Origin: Camelus ferus
Taxonomy: Eukaryota
Direction: 5' to 3'
Assembly (NCBI RefSeq): GCF_009834535.1
Contig: NC_045696.1
Coordinates: 36,520,001-36,584,000, forward strand
Length of the DNA stretch: 64,000 nucleotides
Within the stretch, counting starts at the first letter, position 1. Every line of letters starts with the position of its first letter. The notes beneath the pieces were generated by a model that saw only the letters and a program-made list of their open reading frames with translations, searched no databases and was not told the DNA's origin. The position numbers and the translations under genes are program-made. This document shows, piece by piece, positions 51,587-64,000 of this stretch.

Positions 51587-52067
51587 TGTGATCGTTAATT
51601 TTATGTGTCAACTTGACTGGGCTAAGGGATGCTCAGATAGCTGGTAAAACAGTATTTCTGGGTGTGACTGTGAAGGTGTTTCAGGAAGAGATTAGTATTT
51701 GATTCAGTGGACCCAGTAAAGAGATCTGTCTTCACCAATGTGGGTGGGCATCATCCAATTCTTTTAGGACCTGGATGGAAAAAAAGGTGAAGGAAGGGTG
51801 CATGGTCTCTCTTTTTGCTTGAGCTGGGATGTCTATCTTTTTCTGCACTTGGACATTGTAGTTTTTGGTTCTCCAGCCTTTGAACCCTGGACTTATACTA
51901 GTGGCCCTCTGGTTCTCAAGCCTTTGGCCTCGGCTAAATTACACCACCACTTTTCTGGTTCCAGATGGAAGATTGTGGGACTTCTCAGTGTCCATAATTG
52001 CACGAGCCAATTCCCATTATATATATATAGTTAAATATATCTCTATCTATCTAATCTATCTAATCTA

Positions 52068-52119
<52 letters not shown>

Positions 52120-52163
52120 ATCTCCTATTGGTTCTGTTTCTCTGGAGAATCCTGGCTAATACA
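51587..52163 (+). mobile_element. MLT2 (ERVL) solo LTR
   Basis: tgtgatcgttaattttatgtgtcaacttgactgggc...cctattggttctgtttctctggagaatcctggctaataca; 5-bp flanks GAAAA/GAGAA. Confidence 0.92.
52040..52120. repeat. (TCTA)n/(TCTG)n compound microsatellite within MLT2
   Basis: Directly visible. Confidence 0.9.
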
Positions 52164-52314
52164 GAGAACAAAGACATTGGAACTGAGACAATTTCTAGCA
52201 TACAGTAGACAATAAATACTTATTGAATGAACAAACATACATACGTAAAGATAATAAGTGCCAACATATATGTAAGTGATGACTAAATAAGCCAGAAACG
52301 AAAGATGTGGAGAG

Positions 52315-52653
52315 TATTTGTCTGTTCAGTTTGAACCACAGACTGGGTAGTTCAAACAATGGAAATTTATTTTCCGGCCATTCTGGAGGCTAGAAGTCCA
52401 AGATCAAAGTGCTATTAGGGTCAGTTTCTAGTGAAGCCTCTCTTCTTGGTTTGCAGATAGTGGCCTTCTTGAAGGAGAGAGATGTCTAGTGTCTCTCTTC
52501 TTATAAAGACATGAGTCCTATTGGATCAAGGCTTTATTTTATGACCTCATTTAACTTTAAATCTCCTTAATGGCCTCTCTCCAAAAACAGTCACATTGGG
52601 GATTAAGGATTTAACATAAAAATTTGGTGGAGAGCACAATTCAGTTCATAATG
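52315..52653 (-). mobile_element. MLT1A0-like MaLR LTR
   Basis: ttctggaggctagaagtccaagatcaaagtg...atgacctcatttaact...cagtcacattgggg. Confidence 0.85.
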
Positions 52654-54849
52654 TGGAAGAAAACTCAGTATAAGAAATGTGAACCATATACTTTAGGGAG
52701 CTGTTGTCTAGTAACCACTTTAATTATCTACACATCTTTTACCTTGAAGACTAACTTTAGAACTATGAAATCTGCCCTAATCTAGCAGAGTGGGAATATG
52801 AGGAATTTTAAATGGTTCAGTGTATCTACAATATGTTCAAAGCTTTCAGATTTAAGTATGCCAATATAAATTCTCCTGAGAATGGCCTACAGATTTTGCT
52901 TTAGTTAAATTTCTTCACAATATCTCCCCAACAACAACAACAACAACAACAACAAACAAACCAGAAAACACACTTAACTAAAATCAGTGTCAACAGAACT
53001 CATCTTATAGCTTGAACTTCATTGAATGAAATTGATTCAAAGCAGAAAAACTGGATAGCAATGAATTTTATATTCCTAGCAACTTATCTACATATTACAT
53101 AATCTAATAAATACTCACTTTTATCTAACTGACCCAGTGAAATTATAAAGCATTACACAGTGTCTTTGTTACAGTGTTTATTAACTCTCACTGTAATCTC
53201 TTTTATTTAAAAAAACAAAACAAAAAACAAACCCTGGCTGCAGGGATTTAAGCTGTGTATTTTAACAGATTAATAGGGCCACTTAATTCCATTATTATTT
53301 ACAAAACATATATTATTGGTTTAAAATGAAAGAATAAAATAGATATAGTTTTACTAATCCACATTACATTAAACTCAAAAGCCATATTCGATAAAGATGC
53401 TCATCAGTGTTATACCAAGAATATTAAAATTAGTATTTAAGGATGAGTTACAAAGATGACATTACTTCAAGTAATTTTTGGATACGTTTTGAAGAAATGG
53501 CAAGGATGCATATCTGGTATTATTTTACAATTTCATTCTGGATGTTTTATTGAATTATTATTCTATCTATAAACGTTGTAGACTAATGGTTATTGTTCTT
53601 AGACTAGTTCAAGTTGTCAGATTATTTCTAATCTAATATTGCTTGGTTTACATACAGGATTGATATTTTTATAGCAGCATATGTATTTTGTCACACAATG
53701 TGTCATAAGAGCAGCAGGCACAGTTACGTATGGGATAAAAAGAAGTCTATCTTTCTTTAACATATATATTTAATTGATTCTGTTTCTCTTTTTGCTTTTT
53801 CCTGTTTCTTTTTCTCTTCCATTAACTCTGCTAGTCACAGTTTCTTATTTCCCATTTCTTATACAACTCTCCATCAAGATCTAAAGTGTTCATATTTTGC
53901 AGAATCCTTCTGAAATCATTCACTTATAAAAATATTCCCTTTTGTCTCTTTCTTTTGCACACACAGACAAAGGAATATGTAGGAATATCTAGGTTCTTTG
54001 AAGCCATTTCCAAGTGAATTTTAAAAAATTGCAGATTGACATTTGACACGCAATACATGTGAGATGGTTTTCTTCTGTTTCAATAGGGAGTTGATGTTAG
54101 CTGAACATGAAATCTCATAGTTTCCTGACATGCATGAATCCTTTCATTTGTAGTTAGTATAATCCTCCCCTCGATACCACCTATTGATTAACCACTGAGC
54201 TTTATGGTCTTCCTGCAAGGCTGTCTGAATTACAGTTTTTGAAACAGAAATACTAGGTGGAATACTGTGTGGAAATATAATTTTTTGAGACCAGAGAAGA
54301 GTTTCTACTGCTTCTTCTTTCACTGAAGTTTGGTAGTTTTTCAAGAGATTAAATTAAAACATATGAGCATGTTGTTTTAGAGGTCATGCTACATTAAATT
54401 AAATTAATTTAAAATTATTATTATTTTTTCTGTGCATAGGTCCCCCTAGGAAGTGGTAGTTGGTCAATGACATGATGTTTTTATTTCTTTGAACTTTTTC
54501 CTATGCTTTCAGTTACAGTAATAGAAGGCGACTGAATGCAGTTCAGAATTTCTAGAAGACTGGAATTTGTAGGGGATGTGGCATAGGCAGTATCCAGAAT
54601 GTATGAATATAGTCTTGGCTTCTTTTAAAATGCTTTGCTAATTCTGCGTGACAATGATCAAAGCTAAGAAAAAAACTCCGTGAGAATTATAGAACATTTA
54701 TACCTAAAAAAGATTTGAAAAAAACAATCTTCAAAATTGTTCAGTTAGTGTTTTGTGAAAAGCCATACCCATGGGATGTTGTATTCATCACAATTCTTTG
54801 GACAATAATGGAAAGAAATCTAACTTAAGAAAAAAAAGATTGACTAGAA

Positions 54850-55291
54850 GGAAAATGATGTAATTCATCAAAGAAGGAAGGGCTGTTCTACAGATCTCAG
54901 ACATTGGACCTGGAGATTCAATGTTGCCAGGCTTCTTTCTCTTAGAATTTTGTTTCTACCTTTCTGTGGATGTAGGCTCCAGTCTTTTAAATTCTTCTAT
55001 ATTAAAAGATTTCTCCAGATCAAAGATCAGACAGGAGAGGGGAATTTTCTCCAAAATATCCATTTAGAAAAATACTAAGGAGAGACTCCTGTTGGACTAA
55101 GAGAGCCATGGAACCATCCCTGGAATAATCTCTGGGCCAGGAGGATGAGGTACAGCTATGTGGGGGTGATGTGTTCCATTCTTTGGCTAAAATAACAGGC
55201 CACTGTACTTGGCAGTTCAGTTGGAAACACAAAGGTCTACTCAGTAAGGGGAGGGGAATGTTTATAGGTAGCAAAAATAACAACCATCCAC
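54850..55291 (-). mobile_element. MLT1I/J-like MaLR LTR
   Basis: Diverged motifs ending taggtagcaaaaataacaaccatccaca. Confidence 0.45.
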
Positions 55292-55589
55292 AAGGGTCCA
55301 CTCTGAATGCACAGCACCCATATCTTTTTTTCCACATATATAACTTTTAAAAGACTTCTGTGTTATATCCAATTATTTCATGTATAATCACAAACTTTCT
55401 TACCCTTTCCCTCATGAGTGACCATCAAAGCCACTTAATTCAGCTTTAAATCTAGATTCTCTGGGCAATGGATGTCATCTCAATCAAATCCAGAAATGAC
55501 TTCTCATGAGCCAGCAACTTACGTATTGAATGATGCATTTCACTGCCTGATACAATATACAATGAAGAACCAAAAAAAATTCCATTCAG

Positions 55590-55830
55590 TGAAAGTGGGG
55601 TTTCTTAACATTGTCACTATTGACATTTGGGGTTGGATAATTCTTTCCTTTTGGGAGCTGGCTTGCACGTTCTATGATATTTAGGAGCATTCCTGGCCTC
55701 GACCCACTAGTTGTCAGTAACACCTCCCTCCCTCAACCCCCCGCCAGACCCAACATTGTGACAATCAAAAATGTCTCTAAACATTGCCAAATATCTTCTG
55801 AGGGGCAAAAACCACTAACAGTTAAGAAAC
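55590..55830 (-). mobile_element. MER20 hAT MITE whose terminus is interrupted by an L1
   Basis: cactattgacatttggggttggataattct...gtgacaatcaaaaatgtctctaaacattgccaaat; L1 joins after gttaagaaac and aagaacc resumes near 56696. Confidence 0.85.
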
Positions 55831-56697
55831 ATCAAAACTATAATGAGGTATCACCTCACACCAGTCAGAATGGCCATCATTCAAAAGTCCACAAACAGTA
55901 AATGCTGGAAAGGGTTTGGAGAAAAGGGAACCCTCCTACACTGCTAGTGGGAATGCAGTTTGGTGCAGCCATTATGGAAAACAGTATTTGAGATTCCTCA
56001 GACACTAAAAATAGACTTACCATATAATCCAGCAATCTCACTTCTGGATATATCCAGAGGGAATTCTAATTCGAAAAGATACATGCAGCCCAATGTTCAT
56101 AGTAGGACTATATAAAATAGGCAAGACATGGAAGCCACCTAAATGTGCAACAACAGATGACTGGATAAAGGAGCTATAATATATTTATACAATGAAATAC
56201 TACTAAGTCATTAAAAAAGAATAAAATAATGCCATTTGCATGAACATGGATGGACCTAGAGATCGTCATTCTAAGTGATGGAAGCCAGAAAGAGAAAGAA
56301 AAATACCATATGATATCACTCATATGTCGAATCTAAAAAAAAAAAAAAAAAAAGACACTATGAACTCATGTATGAAACAGAAACAGACTTGCAGACATAG
56401 TAAACAATCTTATGGTTACTGGGGAAAGGGGGTGGGAAGGGATAATTTTGGGAGTTTGAGAGTTACAAATGTTAGCCACTATATATAAAAATAGATTTAA
56501 AATTTTTCTTCTGTATAGCACAGGGAACTATGTTCAATATCTTGTAATAAACTTTAATGAAAACTATGAAAATGAATATATGTGTGTATATGCATGGCTG
56601 GGACATTGTGCTGCACACCAGAAATGGACACATTGTAACTGATGATACTTCAATAAAATAAATAAATAAAATTAATTTTTTTTTTAAATTAAAAAAA
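55831..56697 (+). mobile_element. 5'-truncated L1 (ORF2 C-terminus, 3'UTR, A-rich tail)
   Basis: aatgaggtatcacctcacaccagtcagaatggccatcat; ttcaataaaataaataaataaa tail. Confidence 0.95.
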
Positions 56698-56769
56698 GAA
56701 CCCTAGAACTAAGGGGAAAATGTGAAACAGCACAAGAGTCATTGAGGATCCAAACCACTGCAGTATACA

Positions 56770-57015
56770 CTCATTAGAGTAGTGGTAGTCACTGTCTATG
56801 GAGTCAAGTTCTTTGGGTTTAGATTTTGACTCTGTCACTTTCAAGTTTTCTAACTGGGACATTGGGCTTATCTGTAAGTCTGTCTTCTTTTCCTCTAAAC
56901 CAACATAATGATAGGAACAATCTCATGACGTTGTTCAGAGGATTCAATAAACCTTTAACACATTGAGTGCCTGCACATAGTAAGTGAATTTCTCGCTAAT
57001 GTTAGTTAGCTATTG
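56770..57015 (+). mobile_element. MIR SINE
   Basis: tggagtcaagttctttgggtttagattttgactctgtcactt...gtgcctgcacatagtaagtg. Confidence 0.7.
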
Positions 57016-57299
57016 TCATTATTATCTGGCTTGGCTGGAACATTAAAGTGCATTCATATTTTGACTCACTTTCCAGAAAGCAGGGTGAATTTCTTGATCA
57101 AATGTTTTGTTGTCCTGATTCTGCCCATGAGAAAAATTCCATTGTCTAAGATTTCTTATAGACATACCTTTTTAAGAGGCTTCACTACAGAATGGTTCAC
57201 CTCTGGAGAACAATTCTATCGTGACCATGTGGATTGCCTCCTCAGTTAAACAATTATGCAGCATTGTTTACTAGCTTGGGATATTTTTTCCCTAAGCAT

Positions 57300-57427
57300 T
57301 TGCCTTCCTTCCTTCTTTCCTTCCGTTCTTTCTCCTTTTCTCATCTCTTCCCACCTCCCTCCCTGCTCCTTTCCCTCTCCTCTCTCGTCTTCCTCCTCCC
57401 TTCCCCACCTCTTATTCCTCTCTCTCT
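57300..57427. repeat. CT-rich low-complexity tract
   Basis: Directly visible. Confidence 0.85.
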
Positions 57428-59278
57428 TAAACTCTACATATAGAGCCGATAATTTTCATATTATGGGAATCCTTTAACAGTAAATAAAATTAGAAATTGT
57501 GAAGTCAGAAACTTTGCATTTGAGTCTTTGCTTTGCAGTTTCTGTTTCTTATCAGCAGGTCTTACACCTTCTCAATCTCTTAGGTCTCAGCTCAGTGCTT
57601 TTGGCTTAAGCCACTGCCCAAATCAGGATAACAAGAGGCTGGAGTGGTAAGGCAGTGCCATAAACTGCATCTCCTTTGATGGTACTTTTCGGGAAAAGTT
57701 TATATCTTCACCAAGCAGGGATTTCAGAACAAGAGATGTTTGAGGATAGCCTGAATAGGACATTTTACTAGTTCTTTCTGGGTCCTGGTCTTAGCTGCTG
57801 CATTGGTTCTCCCTTCCTAAGCTTTGCAAACACAAATTTCTATGTAAGTCAGAGAATTCAACTGTTGCCAGTTTCTTACGGTGTATGAAATTACAGCTTA
57901 ATGGCCATGGGCAGAAAATGTATCTCTTAAAAAACTGTTTATACTAGCAGTAGTCTTTTTGTTTCCAGATGGAGGAGCTTAGATTAAAGCTTGTCTCTCA
58001 TATGTAGGACCTTCTTAAATCCTGGGAAAAGATGCCAGCATTCCTATGTTCCAGTATTTTTCTATCATTGAAGATTGAGTTTAGGCAGGCACATATTTCA
58101 GACAAATTATTTTAATTGCTTAATGAACTGCTTCACCGGCTTGGAGCAATTAGTTTTCCCTTCCTGGGATAGAAGTGTCTTCATTATCCTGAGTCCAACT
58201 TGAATGGCCACTTCTACATTTTCAGTCATTTAACTTTTCACTCTTTTCTTCTGGTATAATTATACTTACATATTAAAATTATTTCTTTGCAAGTGACAAA
58301 AACCTAATTCAGATAAGCTTCAGCAAAAAGAGATGTAGATTTTTTTTTTTTTGAGATGATTGCTAGAGGGTAGAGACTTGATTCTTTTATTTAGCAAACT
58401 CTAATTGAGGAAACACTATGTGCCAAACTATGAGATCAAGGTAGAGCAAAAACAGGCACTTGCTGAATTCCTAAAACTTTAAAGTCTCTTTCAACAAGAT
58501 CATCCACTTCTCTATTGGTTATTCATTCATTCTCTCGGATTCCTTTATGTGGTAGTATATACAGTCCCTAGCATCTCCTGAGTTACAGCTTTTCAGGTTC
58601 CCTACTTGAAGAAAGGATACTTTTTCTCTGATAGTTCTATTTAAGAAAATCTTGGAGGGACCCACCCCAGGATCAGTCACACTGGGATGTGTGTGTGGTA
58701 TGCTGTATGAGTCTCTTTGGATCCACGTCTCCATAGAGTAAAACTCCTGTCTTCTACTGGTGTTGAGAAGGAGCAATGGCCCATTTTTATCCCCTGCTGT
58801 TGCTCTGGAAGAGAGCTAGTACCTCTACTTCCTAACACTCGTAGGCTTGGCATTCTGCTCTCTCCAGTGATTTTCTAGCTCCCCAAATGTTGCTGCTATG
58901 GTATCCCATTGTCTTTGTCCTTGGATGTTTATGCTTTTTATTTAATTTTTAAAAAACAGTTTTCTCTCATTTTATTGCAGTCTCAGAGAGAGTATGCATA
59001 AACTGTTGTATTATCTATAAGCTTCATGTAGGTGTGCTTTATATGAAATCTCATTTGACCATTGGTCTTTAAAAATACCTACAACTGGTGCCATCCAAGT
59101 GTTTATGTACTTGCTTAGATGGAATGCCATTTGATTAGATTTTCACTTTATCATTGTTGTTCTTTAGATCAAAAGCTTTATATTTAATTTTCAGATAAAT
59201 TGATTTAATGGCTTAATTCAGGTAAAAAACAATCATTTCCTTATAAGTTTTTAATTTCCTTAAGAATCTTGATAATTT

Positions 59279-60011
59279 TGTTGCCAAAACACAGCCTCCA
59301 TACCCTGCTTACTAAATTGAGATTCTAGGACAAAGTTTTGGATAAAGTAGAAAAGACAGCTTTATTTCTTTGACAGGCAAAGGAAGTCACAATGGGCTAA
59401 TTCTTCTAAGACTATGAGCCTCCTGGGGAGAGAAGACAGTGGGGTTTATAGTAAGAGTTCAAGGGGCAGAATTAGTTTCCATAGAGACTGTATTCAGGGT
59501 AACAAATTGTTGCAAAGTTGTTCTTGTTTTTGCTGATGCAGTGGTCCCCTTCTCTCTGCTGAGTGTGAAGTTCACCTTCTGTGCTTTGGGACTCTTAATG
59601 TTCTTGTACCTAGAACAAAGAATGCATAGAAAGGAGCTCTGTGGAAAGGAGCTCTAGAGAAAAACTTGTGCAGCTTAAAGTCAGGTTGATAAATACTTTT
59701 AGCCTTTTAAGCAAGGTGAGGCCTGGGACTTTTGACTGTAGTCTGAGGCCTGCAGCTTGAACAACAGGATACAAGGAAACCATAAGGTGTCACGAGGAGG
59801 GCACTGGGGTCAAGAGCAGTGCACTGAGCACGAACTGTGCACACAGCACCACAAGGGGGTTGGGCAGACCACCTAAATCTCCTTCCTCTCCAGCTCAACC
59901 CTGGTCAGCAAAAGCATGAGAAAAACTCTACAACCATTAATTACATGGTTCAGCACCATTACAGATATCAGGTGGTCACTGATGATGACAATAGGGTCCT
60001 GCTCAGTTACA
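59279..60011 (-). mobile_element. LTR39-like ERV1 solo LTR (~733 bp)
   Basis: TG...CA termini with flanks ATTT/ATGT; aagtagaaaagacagctttatttctttgacaggcaaagg; AATAAA (59366-59361) and TATAAA (59450-59445) on - strand. Confidence 0.75.
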
Positions 60012-60481
60012 ATGTCATGTCATCCTCTCTTGATAATGGTATGACTGTCTTGACTACTGATTTATAATGGTATTAATCAGGTCTTTCTCTACTTTATTTG
60101 GTGCCTTTAACTTTGAAAGAAGGGAATCTTTTCACTAAAAGAACTATATTGTTTCCACAATAAAATATTACATCTTTAATATTAAAGAATGTCTCAGAAC
60201 TTGATAATGCTAACAAAGGGAAGTGAGAGGAGAGGAAAGATATTTGTAATTCATGTTGCTATGCAGCAACTAAACTTCTGATCCATGAGATTTTACTTTT
60301 GCAAACACTGATATGTACTGATAAAAGTCACCCTGTGGCTTCTGACTATGATACATCTAAGGATGTATACTAGCAAATGCATACTAATGAATAATAAAAT
60401 AATAGATATCTTTTAAAAATATCTAATGCCTAATACTGCTTACTTAGCATTTAAACTTAGCATTTAATTATGCCTGTATCT

Positions 60482-60647
60482 CAGTGTTTGCAAATTGGAA
60501 TTACCTATGGGGCTCTTAAAAAATATTGAGGCTCTGGCCCCAACCCAGACCAATTAAATCTGAATTTCTGAGGATGGCATCTAGACAGCAGTACTTTGTT
60601 GAGCTCTACAGGTGATTATTTTATGCAGGCAGAGTTGAAAATTACTG
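60482..60647. mobile_element. MER5A-type MITE
   Basis: cccagaccaattaaatctgaatttctgagg...caggtgatt...agttgaaaattactg. Confidence 0.7.
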
Positions 60648-61682
60648 ACGTCTCTTTATGTCCTGTGGGAACATGAAAATGAATATAAGTTTTTGCCTGA
60701 TCGATGGTGTATCTGGCTTTGACTTCCTGCTGTATCCTGACCTCAGATCTATGCAATCCCTGGGTTCTGAATATTCATCATTGTTTCGTTTAGAGCCCTA
60801 ATGACAGGATGTTCTACCATTTAAGCATATGGAGTCCTAATATATAAAAGGGATTTAAGAGAATTTAGCTCTACTACAGTATTTGAAACATAAAATCTAT
60901 TTTGGACTTTCTCTGTAACCTGGCCATAAAGCCTTTAGTTATTCAAAGTGGAATTGTTTTAGTTTATATTTAATTATTTGAATACATTTTATTAATGTAT
61001 AACCATTCTTTTATGTCACAGTATTTTCAGTACTATGTATCAAATCTTGTAATTTTTTTCCTCTCCAATATTGGCTTAGTCTCTCTGGATAAGAAGCAAG
61101 TTTTTTCTTATCTAGCATATGCCACAGGTTACTTGAGAGTGTCAGGGTATTAAAAGCGCTATTATGGGTACCATAGAGTCATGTACAGTTGAAGGTTTTA
61201 GAATCTGGATTACTTTTGGGGAGTATTGAGAATAATGAAATGTTAAAAAAGAAAGTTCCCTGAAACAGGGACTTTCTTGCTAAAAGCTGTTTTTTGTGAA
61301 ATGTTGGTTTTGGTTATGGAAGAAACAGAAGTCATTTATTAAATATTCAATTATTTATTAAAAATATTTATTTGTGCCTACTATGTGGTAGGCAATGTCT
61401 TAGGCTTTTTAAATGGGGCGCCAGATTGAACAAGATGATACAAAAACAATATGGAAATATGTATACATTAATTTGTATGTCAGAAATATTTGAATTATGC
61501 TTAAGAAGAGAATTGGCTCTATCTAATGCTATTTCCTCCTAGGATTCTTCAAGCCAGAATGGTTTCTGTCTTTTCTATGTTATCTAGGTCCCTAAAAAGT
61601 TTACAAAAATAATGAGTAGAGAAAGGATGGCCGTGGCTATTCCTAAGTGCTTGTTTCCTGAGAGTTATTCCTCCTCTTAATT

Positions 61683-62335
61683 CTTTTTTTTTAAATCTTT
61701 TTTTCCAGAATTATGTATTTACTTTTATTGAAGTATAGTCAGTTTACAATGTTGTGTCAATTTCTGGTATATAGCATAATGTTTCAGTCATACATATATA
61801 CACATTCCTTTTCATAATCTTTTTCATTTTTATTATAGGTTACTGTAAGTTATTGAATATAGTTCTCTGTCCAATATAGCATAAATTTGTTGTTCATCTA
61901 TTTTATATATAGTAGTTAGTATCTGCAAATCTTGAACTCCCATCTTAGCCCTTCCCATCCTCTCTCCCCTCAGTAACCAGAAGTTTGTTTTCTATGTCTG
62001 TGAGTCTGTTTCTGTTTTGTAAATAAGTTCATTTGTGTCTTTTTTTTTGGATTCCACACATAAGTGATATCATATGGTATTTTTCTTTCTCTTTCTGGCT
62101 TACTTCACTTAGAATGATGACCTCCAGGTCCATCCATGTTGCTGCAAATGGCATTATTTTGTTCTTTTTAATGAATGAGTAGTATATATATGTATGATTA
62201 CTACTATACTATATATATATACACCACAACTTTTTTATCCAGTTATCTTTCAAGGGACATTTAGATTTTTCCATATCCTAGCTATTGTAAATAGTGCTGC
62301 TATGTACACTTGGGTGCAGGTGTCTTCTCGAATTA
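61683..62335 (-). mobile_element. 5'-truncated L1 3' end
   Basis: TSD TCCTCTTAATT (61672-61682, 62336-62346); same 3'UTR family as the 37.6-kb copy. Confidence 0.93.
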
Positions 62336-62784
62336 TCCTCTTAATTATTGGTTTGAATTCTCTACTTACCATCACTTGTTAATTGCTCCTAAAACTTAAA
62401 CTTTGCCTTGTTTATCCTGGTTGGGTTTATGTTTTCCTCATCACTTATTTATCACATTTCTTGGATAATTCAGGCCATTTTTTTTTTACAAGATCATAAA
62501 TCCAAGACCAGAAGTGATACTTTCCTATGTTAGAATCAACTTTGGAATTACTGCAAAATAATTTTATCTCCATTTGCCCCATGATTCTCATGACCCTTAA
62601 CTTTTAGCTGTTTCCCTAACTTGCACAGATCTTAAAGATATTTCAAAATTTAACTTTGGAAACAGCTTGCTTATTATTTTTCACAAGTAATCATAATACA
62701 TTGAAAAACCAGTAATAGGTGGGAAGTTAGTTGTTATATAATATTTTTAAGCTGTAGATTAATAGTAAAATTATTTTTAAGATG

Positions 62785-62985
62785 GTGGTTTTCAGTCAGG
62801 AGCAATTCTGTCCCCCAGGGGCTGACAGTCTGTGGAGATATTGTTTTGATTGTCAAAATTAGGAGGAGCTACTGGCATCTAGTGAGTAGAGGCCAGGGAT
62901 GCTGCCACACATCCTACCATGCACAGGACAGCCTCAATGACAAAAATTATTCCAGCTCAAAATACCAGCTGTGCTGTGGTTGAAC
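62785..62985 (+). mobile_element. MER20 hAT MITE
   Basis: ctactggcatctagtgagtagaggccagggatgctgc...atgcacaggacagcc. Confidence 0.85.
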
Positions 62986-63734
62986 TTCAGATAATTCCTA
63001 GAAAAAGCTATATTGTTGAATCTTTAATGTATGCTTAAAAGCCATGGTACTATAATTTTTATCTAGGGAAAAGATAATTTAAAAGCATTTATGCTTTGGG
63101 TCTTATTTCTTTTACACATTAATGTATTCCTTGTAAAGCTCGAAATTCAGTAAATTCAGTGTTTTCCCTTCCAAAACGTTCAGCTACTTACAACCATGAG
63201 TGCTTCCCTTAAGTGCAAGTGAAGCTGTCTTCTCAAGGTTATGCCAGATTTAGTTATTAAGAAAATGAATACACTGCAGACTAAGTATGTTCCCATTTCA
63301 AAGTAAATTACACATTTAAAGGATACTGCATCAATTTTCTAAATATGTTTCTCCTGTACAAATCAAAATTCTGTTTCTGTGTTCACCATGTAGTTTCACC
63401 CTAATACCTAGGCTTGATTTCTAGATTTGCAAGGGAATGCAAATGAATGTGAACACTCATGCTCCCTGGTAAGTGTATGAGGTGCCGATATATATATCTC
63501 TGTATATTTGTGTAGAGTTTATGCATGTATCACTTCTAACCTTTACTGGAACCTAACCTGGTGCCTTTCAACAAATGACATGATATTGTGAGAAATACTT
63601 AGCTCACATCTATACTATTATAAGGAAAATATTTTATTGTTGAATGTGTCCACATGTATGTTATGACATTGTGACATATAGCCTTAATTTCTTAATTAAT
63701 TTTCTTAATGAATAAAGGAGGGTGAAACTATCCT

Positions 63735-63930
63735 TTAGAAGCCTTCTCTGGCTCCTCCAGTCTGGAGTACACCCATAGTCCTTGAGGTATTCTGCTATTA
63801 ATCCACTCCCCAGGTTGTTTCAAAATGTCTGTTTCCGTGTTGTCTCTCACAAGTGCCTGCCAGTTTTTCTTTCTACCCTGGGTCTGTGACATTGCCTGAC
63901 ATAAAGAAAAAACCTTGTTGTTTGTTGACT
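63735..63930 (+). mobile_element. L2 3' end fragment
   Basis: agccttctctggctcctccagtctgg...tgcctgacataaag. Confidence 0.4.
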
Positions 63931-64000
63931 TAAAATGCAATATGATAGTTTCTAAAACCAGACGTAAGCTCAATGTTAATGACAAGCCTTGTTTCTTTTT

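Noticed and set aside
1..64000. CRISPR arrays, operons or other prokaryotic systems
   Set aside because: Mammalian repeat-rich DNA with no regularly spaced repeat-spacer structure or gene-dense ORFs.

Overview
AT-rich mammalian genomic DNA, very likely camelid (camel/alpaca/llama), judged from a vic-1-type tRNA-derived SINE at 36.15 kb. I recognised no host protein-coding exon, RNA gene or prokaryotic system. The window is intronic or intergenic and dominated by transposable elements: L1, L2, MIR, MaLR/ERVL and ERV1 solo LTRs, and hAT/Tigger MITEs. The only recognisable protein remnants are retroviral pro/pol and L1 ORF2. The most unusual object is a 2.6-kb class I endogenous retrovirus segment at 29734-32327 (- strand) that looks like a processed, L1-retroposed ERV mRNA rather than a provirus. 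It is 5'-truncated, its LTR stops 13 nt after AATAAA in a poly(A) tail, and it has a 12-bp TSD splitting an old L2. Its source transcript lacked RT and env, with protease fused in frame to an RNase H tail and integrase. Repeat family names come from recalled consensus motifs, not a database search, and boundaries of old repeats are approximate. I found no convincing evidence for a wholly new biological system.
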